Origin: Bugula neritina
Taxonomy: Eukaryota > Animalia > Bryozoa
Reading direction: 5' to 3'
Length of the DNA stretch: 64,000 bases
Assembly (NCBI GenBank): GCA_964035545.1
Contig: CAXIUT010000126.1
Span: 273,001-337,000, forward strand
A program made the translations under genes and the position numbers. This document shows, piece after piece, positions 44,201 to 58,300 of the stretch. The notes below the pieces were generated by a model, which was not told the DNA's origin, made no database searches, and saw only the letters and a program-made list of their open reading frames with translations. The stretch's first letter is position 1; every line of letters begins with the position of its first letter.

Positions 44201-47200
44201 TGTAGCATACTGAAATACACTGCACTATACTGAAATACCCTGCTACATATTGAAATGAACTGCAACACACTGAAATACAATGTAATATACTGAATTACAC
44301 TGCAACACACTGCAACATACCGAAATACGCTGTAACATATTGCAATACACTGCAACACATTGAAATATACTGTAACTCGCTGAAATATAGTTTAATATAC
44401 GGAAATGTGTTGTAACATACTGGAAAAAACAGTAACACACTGAAATATACTGCAACATACTGAAATATATTGCAACATACTGAAATACACTGCTACATAC
44501 TAAAACATACTGAAATGTACTGCAAGATACTGCAACATACTGAAATACACTGTAACATACTGAAACACACTGCAACATACTGCATTATACTGACATACAC
44601 TGGAACAAATTGAAATACACTGCAACTAAATGAAATATACTGCAACACACTGAAACATACGGCAACATACTGAAATATACTGCGACATACCTAAATATAC
44701 GGTAATATACCGAAATACACTGTAACACATTTAAAAAATACTGCAAAATACTGAAATACACTGCAACACACTGAAATACACTGCAAAATACTACAACATG
44801 CTCAAATACACTGTAACATTTTGATATACACTGCAACACATTGAAATATACTGCAACATACCGAAATATATGGTAAACTACTGAAATATACTGTAACACC
44901 TTGAAAAATACTGCAACATACTGAAATACACTGCGACACATTGCAATATACTGTAACATACTGAAATATGCTGTAGCACACTGAAATACACTGCAACTCA
45001 CTGAAATATACTGCAAAATACTGAAATACACTGTAACATATTGAAACATACTGCAACATACTGAAATACACTGTAACATACTGAAATACACTGCAAAATA
45101 CTACAACATGCTCAAATACACTGTAACATATTGATATACACTGCAACACATTGAAATATACTGCAACATACCGAAATATATGGTAAACTACTGAAATATA
45201 CTGTAACACATTGAAAAATACTGCAACATACTGCGACACATTGCAATATTTTGCAACATACTGAAATATGCTGTAGCACACTGAAATACACTGCAACTCA
45301 CTGAAATATACTGCAAAATACTGAAATACACTGTAACATATTGAAACATATTGCAACATACTGAAATACACTGTAACATACTGAAATACACCACAAATTA
45401 CTAGAACATATTGAAATACACTGCAACACATTGAAATATACTGCAACATACTGAAATATACTGCGACACATTGTAATATACTGCAACATACTGAAATATG
45501 CTGTAGCATACTGAAATGCACTGCAACATACTGAAATACCCTGCTACATACTGAAATACACTGCAACATACTGAAATACGCTGTAACATATTGAAATACA
45601 CTGCAACACATTGAAAAATACTGCAACATACTGAAATATACTGTAACACACTGAAATATACTACAACATACTGAAATACACTGTAACACACTGAAATATA
45701 CTGCAACATACTGAAATACACTGTAACATACTGAAATATACTGCAACATACTGAAATACACTGTAACATACTGAAATACACTGCAACATACTACAACATA
45801 TTGAAATACACTGCAACACATTGAAATATACTGCAACACACCGAAATATATGGTAAACTAATGAAATATACTGTAACACATTGAAAAATACTGCAACATA
45901 CTGAAATATACTGCGACACATTGCAATATACTGTAACATACTGAAATATGCTGTAGCACACTGAAATACACTGCAACTCACTGAAATATACTGCAACATG
46001 CTGAAATACACTGTAACATATTGAAACATACTGCAACATACTGCAACATACTGAAATACACTGTAACAAACTGAAATACACTGCAAAACACAAGAACATA
46101 TTGAAATACACTGCAACACATTGAAATATACTGCAACATACTGTAACACATTGAAAATAACTGCAACATGCTGAAATATACTGCAAGATACTGCAACATA
46201 CTGAAATACGCCGCAAAATACTACAACATACTGAAATACACTGTAACATATTGAAATACACTGCAACACATTGAAATATACTGCGACGTCCTGAAATGTA
46301 TGGTAAACTACTGAAATATACTGTAACACATTGAACAATACTGCAACATACTGAAATATACTGCGACACATTGCAATATACTGTAACATACTGAAATATG
46401 CTGTAGCACACTGAAATACACTGCAACTCACTGAATTATACTGCAAAATACTGAAATACACTGTAACATATTGAAACATACTGCAACATACTGAAATACA
46501 CTGTAACATACTGAAATACACTGCAAATTACTAGAACATATTGAAATACACTGCAACACATTGAAATATACTGCAACATACCTAAATATATGGTAATATA
46601 CTGAAATATACGGTAACACATTGAAAAATACTGCAACATACTGAAATACACTGCAAGATACTGCAACATACTGAAATACGCGGCAAAATACTACAACATA
46701 CAGAAATACACTGTAACATATTGAAATACACTGCAACACATTGAAATATACTGCAACATACCGAAATATATGGTAAACTACTGAAATACACTTTAACACA
46801 TTGAAAAATACTGCAACATACTGAAATATACTGTAACACACTGAAATATACTACAACATACTGAAATACACTGTAACACACTGAAATATACTGCAACATA
46901 CTGAAATACACTGTAACATACTGAAATATACTGCAACATACTGAAATACACTTTAACATACTGAAATACACTGCAACATACTACAACATATTGAAATACA
47001 CTGCAACAGATTGAAATATACTGAAACATACCTAAATATACGGTAATATACCGAAAAATACTGTAACATATTGAAACATACTGCAACATACTGAAATACA
47101 CTGTAACATACTGAAATACACTGCAAATTACTAGAACATATTGAAATACACTGCAACACATTGAAACATACTGCAACATACCTAAATATATGGTAATATA

Positions 47201-50200
47201 CTGAAAAACACTGTAACACAATGAAATATACAGCAACATACTGAAATATACTGCGACACATTGCGATATACTGCAACATACTGAAATATGCTGTAGCATA
47301 CTGAAATGCACTGCAACATACTGAAATACCCTGCTACATACTGAAATAAACTGCAACATACTGAAATACAATGTAATATACTGAACTACACTGCAACATA
47401 CTGCAACATACTGGAATATGCTGTAACATATTGAAATACACTGCAACACATTGAAATATACTGCAAGTCGCTGAAATATAGTGTAATATACGGAAATGTA
47501 CTGTAACATACTGGAGTAAACTGTAACACACTGAAATACACTGCAACACACTGAAATACACTGTAACTCACTGAAATATACTGCAACATACTGCAACATA
47601 CTGAAATACACTGTAACATATTGAAATACACTGCAACACATTGAAATATACTGCTCCATACCGAAATATATGGTAAACTACTGAAATACACTTTAACACA
47701 TTGAAAAATACTGCAACATACTGAAGTATACTGTAACACACTGAAATATACTACAACATACTGAAATACACTGTAACACACTGAAATATACTGCAACATA
47801 CTGGAATACACTGTAACATACTGAAATATACTGCAACATACTGAAATATGCTGTAGCATACTGAAATACACTGCACTATACTGAAATACCCTGCTACATA
47901 TTGAAATGAACTGCAACACACTGAAATACAATGTAATATACTGAATTACACTGCAACACACTGCAACATACCGAAATACGCTGTAACATATTGCAATACA
48001 CTGCAACACATTGAAATATACTGTAACTCGCTGAAATATAGTTTAATATACGGAAATGTGTTGTAACATACTGGAAAAAACAGTAACACACTGAAATATA
48101 CTGCAACATACTGAAATATACTGCAACATACTGAAATACACTGCTACATACTAAAACATACTGAAATGTACTGCAAGATACTGCAACATACTGAAATACA
48201 CTGTAACATACTGAAACACACTGCAACATACTGCATTATACTGACATACACTGGAACAAATTGAAATACACTGCAACTAAATGAAATATACTGCAACACA
48301 CTGAAACATACGGCAACATACTGAAATATACTGCGACATACCTAAATATACGGTAATATACCGAAATACACTGTAACACATTGAAAAATACTGCAAAATA
48401 CTGAAATACACTGCAACACACTGAAATACACTGCAAAATACTACAACATGCTCAAATACACTGTAACATATTGATATACACTGCAACACATTGAAATATA
48501 CTGCAACATACCGAAATATATGGTAAACTACTGAAATATACTGTAACACCTTGAAAAATACTGCAACATACTGAAATACACTGCGACACATTGCAATATA
48601 CTGTAACATACTGAAATATACTGTAGCACACTGAAATACACTGCAACTCACTGAAATATACTGCAAAACACTGAAATACACTGTAACATATTGAAACATA
48701 CTGCAACATACTGAAATACACTGTAACATACTGAAATACACTGCAAAATACTACAACATGCTCAAATACACTGTAACATATTGATATACACTGCAACACA
48801 TTGAAATATACTGCAACATACCGAAATATATGGTAAACTACTGAAATATACTGTAACACATTGAAAAATACTGCAACATACTGCGACACATTGCAATATT
48901 TTGCAACATACTGAAATATGCTGTAGCACACTGAAATACACTGCAACTCACTGAAATATACTGCAAAATACTGAAATACACTGTAACATATTGAAACATA
49001 TTGCAACATACTGAAATACACTGTAACATACTGAAATACACCACAAATTACTAGAACATATTGAAATACACTGCAACACATTGAAATATACTGCAACATA
49101 CCTAAATATATGGCAATATATTGAAATATACGGTAACACATTGAAAAATACTGCAACATACTGAAATACACTGCAAGATACTGCAACATACTGAAATACG
49201 CGGCAAAATACTACAACATACTGAAATACACTGTAACATATTGAAATACACTGCAACACATTGAAATATACTGCAACGTACCGAAATGTGTGGTAAACTA
49301 CTGAAATATACTGTAACACATTGAAGTATACAGCAACATACTGAAATATACTGCGACACATTGTAATATACTGCAACATACTGAAATATGCTGTAGCATA
49401 CTGAAATGCACTGCAACATACTGAAATACCCTGCTACATACTGAAATACACTGCAACATACTGAAATACGCTGTAACATATTGAAATACACTGCAACACA
49501 TTGAAAAATACTGCAACATACTGAAATATACTGTAACACACTGAAATATACTACAACATACTGAAATACACTGTAACACACTGAAATATGCTGCAACATA
49601 CTGAAATACACTGTAACATACTGAAATATACTGCAACATACTGAAATACACTGCAACATACTACAACATATTGAAATACACTGCAACACATTGAAATATA
49701 CTGCAACACACCGAAATATATGGTAAACTAATGAAATATACTGTAACACATTGAAAAATACTGCAACATACTGAAATATACTCCGACACATTGCAATATA
49801 CTGTAACATACTGAAATATGCTGTAGCGCAACTGAAATACACTGCAACTCACTGAAATATACTGCAACATGCTGAAATACACTGTAACATATTGAAACAT
49901 ACTGCAACATACTGCAACATACTGAAATACACTGTAACAAACTGAAATACACTGCAAAACACAAGAACATATTGAAATACACTGCAACACATTGAAATAT
50001 ACTGCAACATACTGTAACACATTGAAAATAACTGCAACATGCTGAAATATACTGCAAGATACTGCAACATACTGAAATAGGCCGCAAAATACTACAACAT
50101 ACTGAAATACACTGTAACATATTGAAATACACTGCAACACATTGAAATATACTGCGACGTCCTGAAATGTATGGTAAACTACTGAAATATACTGTAACAC

Positions 50201-53200
50201 ATTGAACAATACTGCAACATACTGAAATATACTGCGACACATTGCAATATACTGTAACATACTGAAATATGCTGTAGCACACTGAAATACACTGCAACTC
50301 ACTGAATTATACTGCAAAATACTGAAATACACTGTAACATATTGAAACATACTGCAACATACTGAAATACACTGTAACATACTGAAATACACTGCAAATT
50401 ACTAGAACATATTGAAATACACTGCAACACATTGAAATATACTGCAACATACCTAAATATATGGTAATATACTGAAATATACGGTAACACATTGAAAAAT
50501 ACTGCAACATACTGAAATACACTGCAAGATACTGCAACATACTGAAATACGCGGCAAAATACTACAACATACAGAAATACACTGTAACATATTGAAATAC
50601 ACTGCAACACATTGAAATATACTGCAACGTACCGAAGTGTATGGTAAACTACTGAAATATACTGTAACACATTGAAATATACAGCAACATACTGAAATAT
50701 ACTGCGACACATTGCAATATACTGCAACATACTGAAATATGCTGTAGCATACTGAAATGCACTGCAATATACTGAAATACCCTGCTACATACTGAAATAC
50801 ACTGCAACATACTGAAATACGCTGTAACATATTGAAATACACTGCAACACACTAAAATATACTGCAACATACCGAAATATATGGTAAACTACTGAAATAC
50901 ACTTTAACACATTGAGAAATACTGCAACATACTGAAATATACTGTAACACACTGAAATATACTACAACATACTGAAATACACTGTAACACACTGAAATAT
51001 ACTGCAACATACTGAAATACACTGTAACATACTGAAATATACTGCAACATACTGAAATACACTGTAACATACTGAAATACACTGCAACATACTACAACAT
51101 ATTGAAATACACTGCAACAGATTGAAATATACTGAAACATACCTAAATACACGGTAATATACCGAAATATACTGTAACACATTGAAAAATACTGCAAAAT
51201 ACTGAAGTACACTGCAACACACTGAAATATTCTGCAAAAAACTACAACATGCTGAAATACACTGTAACATATTGAAATATACTGCAACATACCGAAATAT
51301 ATGGTAAACTAATGAAATATACTGTAACACATTGAAAAACACTGCAACAAACTGAAATATACTGCGACAGATTGCAATATACTGTAACATACTGAAATAT
51401 GCTGTAGCACACTGAAATACACTGCAACTCACTGAAATATACTGCAACATACTGAAATACACCGTAACATATTGAAACATACTGCAACGTACTGCAACAT
51501 ACTGAAATATACTGCGACACATTGCAATATACTGCAACATACTGAAATATGCTGTAGCATACTGAAATACACTGCACTATACTGAAATACCCTGCTACAT
51601 ATTGAAATGAACTGCAACACACTGAAATACAATGTAATATACTGAATTACACTGCAACACACTGCAACATACCGAAATACGCTGTAACATATTGCAATAC
51701 ACTGCAACACATTGAAATATACTGTAACTCGCTGAAATATAGTTTAATATACGGAAATGTGTTGTAACATACTGGAAAAAACAGTAACACACTGAAATAT
51801 ACTGCAACATACTGAAATATACTGCAACATACTGAAATACACTGCTACATACTAAAACATACTGAAATGTACTGCAAGATACTGCAACATACTGAAATAC
51901 ACTGTAACATACTGAAACACACTGCAACACACTGCATTATACTGACAGACACTGGAACAAATTGAAATACACTGCAACTAAATGAAATATACTGCAACAC
52001 ACTGAAACATACGGCAACATACTGAAATATACTGCGACATACCTAAATATACGGTAATATACCGAAATACACTGTAACACATTGAAAAATACTGCAAAAT
52101 ACTGAAATACACTGCAACACACTGAAATACACTGCAAAATACTACAACATGCTCAAATACACTGTAACATATTGATATACACTGCAACACATTGAAATAT
52201 ACTGCAACATACCGAAATATATGGTAAACTACTGAAATATACTGTAACACCTTGAAAAATACTGCAACATACTGAAATACACTGCGACACATTGCAATAT
52301 ACTGTAACATACTGAAATATACTGTAGCACACTGAAATACACTGCAACTCACTGAAATATACTGCAAAACACTGAAATACACTGTAACATATTGAAACAT
52401 ACTGCAACATACTGAAATACACTGTAACATACTGAAATACACTGCAAAATACTACAACATGCTCAAATACACTGTAACATATTGATATACACTGCAACAC
52501 ATTGAAATATACTGCAACATACCGAAATATATGGTAAACTACTGAAATATACTGTAACACATTGAAAAATACTGCAACATACTGCGACACATTGCAATAT
52601 TTTGCAACATACTGAAATATGCTGTAGCACACTGAAATACACTGCAACTCAATGAAATATACTGCAAAATACTGAAATACACTGTAACATATTGAAACAT
52701 ATTGCAACATACTGAAATACACTGTAACATACTGAAATACACCACAAATTACTAGAACATATTGAAATACACTGCAACACATTGAAATATACTGCAACAT
52801 ACCTAAATATATGGTAATATACTGAAATATACGGTAACACATTGAAAAATACTGCAACATACTGAAATACACTGCAAGATACTGCAACATACTGAAATAC
52901 GCGGCAAAATACTACAACATACTGAAATACACTGTAACATATTGAAATACACTGCAACACATTGAAATATACTGCAACGTACCGAAATGTATGGTAAACT
53001 ACTGAAATATACTGTAACACATTGAAATATACAGCAACATACTGAAATATACTGCGACACATTGTAATATACTGCAACATACTGAAATATGCTGTAGCAT
53101 ACTGAAATGCACTGCAACATACTGAAATACCCTGCTACATACTGAAATACACTGCAACATACTGAAATACGCTGTAACATATTGAAATACACTGCAACAC

Positions 53201-55377
53201 ATTGAAAAATACTGCAACATACTGAAATATACTGTAACACACTGAAATATACTACAACATACTGAAATACACTGTAACACACTGAAATATACTGCAACAT
53301 ACTGAAATACACTGTAACATACTGAAATATACTGCAACATACTGAAATACACTGTAACATACTGAAATACACTGCAACATACTACAACATATTGAAATAC
53401 ACTGCAACACATTGAAATATACTGCAACACACCGAAATATATGGTAAACTAATGAAATATACTGTAACACATTGAAAAATATTGCAACATACTGAAATAT
53501 ACTGCGACACATTGCAATATACTGTAACATACTGAAATATGCTGTAGCACACTGAAATACACTGCAACTCACTGAAATATACTGCAACATGCTGAAATAC
53601 ACTGTAACATATTGAAACATACTGCAACATACTGCAACATACTGAAATACACTGTAACAAACTGAAATACACTGCAAAACACAAGAACATATTGAAATAC
53701 ACTGCAACACATTGAAATATACTGCAACATACTGTAACACATTGAAAATAACTGCAACATGCTGAAATATACTGCAAGATACTGCAACATACTGAAATAC
53801 GCTGCAAAATACTACAACATACTGAAATACACTGTAACATATTGAAATACACTGCAACACATTGAAATATACTGCGACGTCCTGAAATGTATGGTAAACT
53901 ACTGAAATATACTGTAACACATTGAACAATACTGCAACATACTGAAATATACTGCGACACATTGCAATATACTGTAACACACTGAAATATGTTGTAGCAC
54001 ACTGAAATTTACTGCAACTCACTGAAATATACTGCAACATACTGAAATACACTGCTACATACTGAAATATACTGCAACACATTGAAATATACAGCAACAT
54101 ACTGAAATATACTGCGACACATTGCAATATACTGCAACATACTGAAATATGCTGTAGCATACCGAAATGCACTGCAACATACTGAAATACCCTGCTGCAT
54201 ACTGAAATACACTGCACCATACTGAAATACGCTGTAACATATTGAAATACACTGCAACACATTGAAATATACAGCAACATACCGAAATATATGGTAAACT
54301 ACTGAAATACACTTTAACACATTGAAAAATACTGCAACATACTGAAATACACCGTAACATATTGAAACATACTGCAACGTACTGCAACATACTGAAATAT
54401 ACTGCGACACATTGCAATATACTGCAACATACTGAAATATGCTGTAGCATACTGAAATACACTGCACTATACTGAAATACCCTGCTACATATTGAAATGA
54501 ACTGCAACACACTGAAATACAATGTAATATACTGAATTACACTGCAACACACTGCAACATACCGAAATACGCTGTAACATATTGCAATACACTGCAACAC
54601 ATTGAAATATACTGTAACTCGCTGAAATATAGTTTAATATACGGAAATGTGTTGTAACATACTGGAAAAAACAGTAACACACTGAAATATACTGCAACAT
54701 ATTGAAATATATTGCAACATACTGAAATACACTGCTACATACTAAAACATACTGAAATGTACTGCAAGATACTGCAACATACTGAAATACACTGTAACAT
54801 ACCGAAACACACTGCAACATACTGCATTATACTGACATACACTGGAACAAATTGAAATACACTGCAACTAAATGAAATATACTGCAACACACTGAAACAT
54901 ACGGCAACATACTGAAATATACTGCGACATACCTAAATATACGGTAATATACCGAAATACACTGTAACACATTTAAAAAATACTGCAAAATACTGAAATA
55001 CACTGCAACACACTGAAATACACTGCAAAATACTACAACATGCTCAAATACACTGTAACATATTGATATACACTGCAACACATTGAAATATACTGCAACA
55101 TACCGAAATATATGGTAAACTACTGAAATATACTGTAACACCTTGAAAAATACTGCAACATACTGAAATACACTGCGACACATTGCAATATACTGTAACA
55201 TACTGAAATATGCTGTAGCACACTGAAATACACTGCAACTCACTGAAATATACTGCAAAATACTGAAATACACTGTAACATATTGAAACATACTGCAACA
55301 TACTGAAATACACTGTAACATACTGAAATACACTGCAAAATACTACAACATGCTCAAATACACTGTAACATATTGAT
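26232..55377 (-). repeat. Same satellite in inverted orientation (ATACTGCAAC ATACTGAAAT on +); 29,146-bp inverted block
   Basis: The sequence switches abruptly to the reverse complement at 26232 (gttgcagtgta|aaatatactgcaac) and back at 55378 (catattgat|cagtgagttgcag). The ORF track flips to the minus strand over this interval. Confidence 0.98.
28250..47600 (-). repeat. Tandem duplication of a 9671-bp unit (~28250-37920 and ~37921-47600); boundaries approximate
   Basis: Constant 9671 offset in the ORF track (28304/37975, 31682/41353, 34914/44585, 37663/47334) and shared rare variants. Confidence 0.9.
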
Positions 55378-58300
55378 CAGTGAGTTGCAGTAAATTTCAG
55401 TGTGCTACAACATATTTCAGTGTGTTACAGTATATTGCAATGTGTCGCAGTATATTTCAGTATGTTGCAGTATTGTTCAATGTGTTACAGTATATTTCAG
55501 TAGTTTACCATACATTTCAGGACGTCGCAGTATATTTCAATGTGTTGCAGTGTATTTCAATATGTTACAGTGTATTTCAGTATGTTGTAGTATTTTGCGG
55601 CGTATTTCAGTATGTTGCAGTATCTTGCAGTATATTTCAGCATGTTGCAGTTATTTTCAATGTGTTACAGTATGTTGCAGTATATTTCAATGTGTTGCAG
55701 TGTATTTCAATATGTTCTAGTGTTTTGCAGTGTATTTCAGTTTGTTACAGTGTATTTCAGTATGTTGCAGTATGTTGCAGTATGTTTCAATATGTTACAG
55801 TGTATTTCAGCATGTTGCAGTATATTTCAGTGAGTTGCAGTGTATTTCAGTGTGTTACAGCATATTTCAGTATGTTACAGTATATTGCAATGTGTCGCAG
55901 TATATTTCAGTATGTTGCAGTATTTTTCAATGTGTTACAGTATATTTCATTAGTTTACCATATATTTCGGTGTGTTGCAGTATATTTCAATGTGTTGCAG
56001 TGTATTTCAATATGTTGTAGTATGTTGCAGTGTATTTCAGTATGTTACAGTGTATTTCAGTATGTTGCAGTATATTTCAGTATGTTACAGTGTATTTCAG
56101 TATGTTGCAGTATATTTCAGTGTGTTACAGTGTATTTCAGTATGTTGTAGTATATTTCAGTGTGTTACAGTATATTTCAGTATGTTGCAGTATTTTTCAA
56201 TGTGTTGCAGTGTATTTCAATATGTTACAGCGTATTTCAGTATGTTGCAGTGTATTTCAGTATGTAGCAGGGTATTTCAGTATGTTGCAGTGCATTTCAG
56301 TATGCTACAGCATATTTCAGTATGTTGCAGTATATTGCAATGTGTCGCAGTATATTTCAGTATGTTGCTGTATATTTCAATGTGTTACAGTATATTTCAG
56401 TAGTTTACCATACATTTCGGTACGTTGCAGTATATTTCAATGTGTTGCAGTGTGTTTCAATATGTTACAGTGTATTTCAGTATGTTGTAGTATTTTGCCG
56501 CGTATTTCAGTATGTTGCAGTATCTTGCAGTGTATTTCAGTATGTTGCAGTATTTTTCAATGTGTTACCGTATATTTCAGTATATTACCATATATTTAGG
56601 TATGTTGCAGTATATTTCAATGTGTTGCAGTGTATTTCAATATGTTCTAGTAATTTGTGGTGTATTTCAGTATGTTGCAGTGTATTTCAGTATGTTGCAA
56701 TATGTTTCAATATGTTACAGTGTATTTCAGTATTTTGCAGTATATTTCAGTGAGTTGCAGTGTATTTCAGTATGTTGCAGTATTTTTCAAGGTGTTACAG
56801 TATATTTCAGTAGTTTACCATATATTTTGGTATGTTGCAGTATATTTCAATGTGTTGCAGTGTATATCAATATGTTACAGTGTATTTGAGCATGTTGTAG
56901 TATTTTGCAGTGTATTTCAGTGTGTTGCAGTGTATTTCAGTATTTTGCAGTATTTTTCAATGTGTTACAGTGTATTTCGGTATATTACCGTATATTTAGG
57001 TATGTCGCAGTATATTTCAGTATGTTGCCGTATGTTTCAGTGTGTTGCAGTATATTTCATTTAGTTGCAGTGTATTTCAATTTGTTCCAGTGTATGTCAG
57101 TACAATGCAGTATGTTGCAGTGTGTTTCAGTATGTTACAGTGTATTTCAGTATGTTGCAGTATCTTGCAGTACATTTCAGTATGTTTTAGTATGTAGCAG
57201 TGTATTTGAGTATGTTGCAGTATATTTCAGTATGTTGCAGTATATTTCAGTGTGTTACTGTTTTTTCCAGTATGTTACAACACATTTCCGTATATTAAAC
57301 TATATTTCAGCGAGTTACAGTATATTTCAATGTGTTGCAGTGTATTGCAATATGTTACAGCGTATTTCGGTATGTTGCAGTGTGTTGCAGTGTAATTCAG
57401 TATATTACATTGTAATTCAGTGTGTTGCAGTTCATTTCAATATGTAGCAGGGTATTTCAGTATAGTGCAGTGTATTTCAGTATGCTACAGCATATTTCAG
57501 TATGTTGCAGTATATTGCAATGTGTCGCAGTATATTTCAGTATGTTGCAGTACGTTGCAGTATGTTTCAATATGTTACGGTGTATTTCAGTATGTTGCAG
57601 TATATTTCAGTGAGTTGCAGTGTATTTCAGTGTGCTACAGCATATTTCAGTATGTTACAGTATATTGCAATCTGTCGCAGTATATTTCAGTTTGTTGCAG
57701 TGTTTTTCAATGTGTTACAGTATATTTCATTAGTTTACCATATATTTCGGTATGTTGCAGTATATTTCAATGTGTTGCAGTGTATTTCAGCATGTTGTAG
57801 TTTTTTGCAGTGTATTTCAGTATGTTACAGTGTATTTCAGTATGTTGCAGTATATTTCAGTATGTTACAGTGTATTTCAGTATGTTGCAGTATGTTTCAG
57901 TGTGTTACAGTGTATTTCAGTATGTTGTAGTATATTTCAGTGTGTTACAGTATACTTCAGTATGTTGCAGTATTTTTCAATGTGTTAAAGTGTATTTCAG
58001 TAGTTTACCATATATTTCGGTATGTAGCAGTATATTTCAATGTGTTGCAGTGTATTTCAGTATGTTACAGTGTATTTCAGTATGTTGCAGTATGTTGCAG
58101 TATATTTCAGTGAGTTACAGTGTATTTCAGTATGTTGCAGTGTATTTCAGTGTGTTACAGTTTACTCCAGTATGTTACAGTACATTTCCGTATATTACAC
58201 TATATTTCAGCGACTTGCAGTATATTTCAATGTGTTGCAGTGTATTTCAATATGTTACAGCATATTCCAGTATGTTGCAGTATGTTGCAGTGTAATTCAG

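Noticed and set aside
26232-55377. Inverted block as a transposon or recombinase-controlled invertible switch
   Set aside because: There are no terminal inverted repeats, target duplication or recombinase gene, and one base was lost at a junction.
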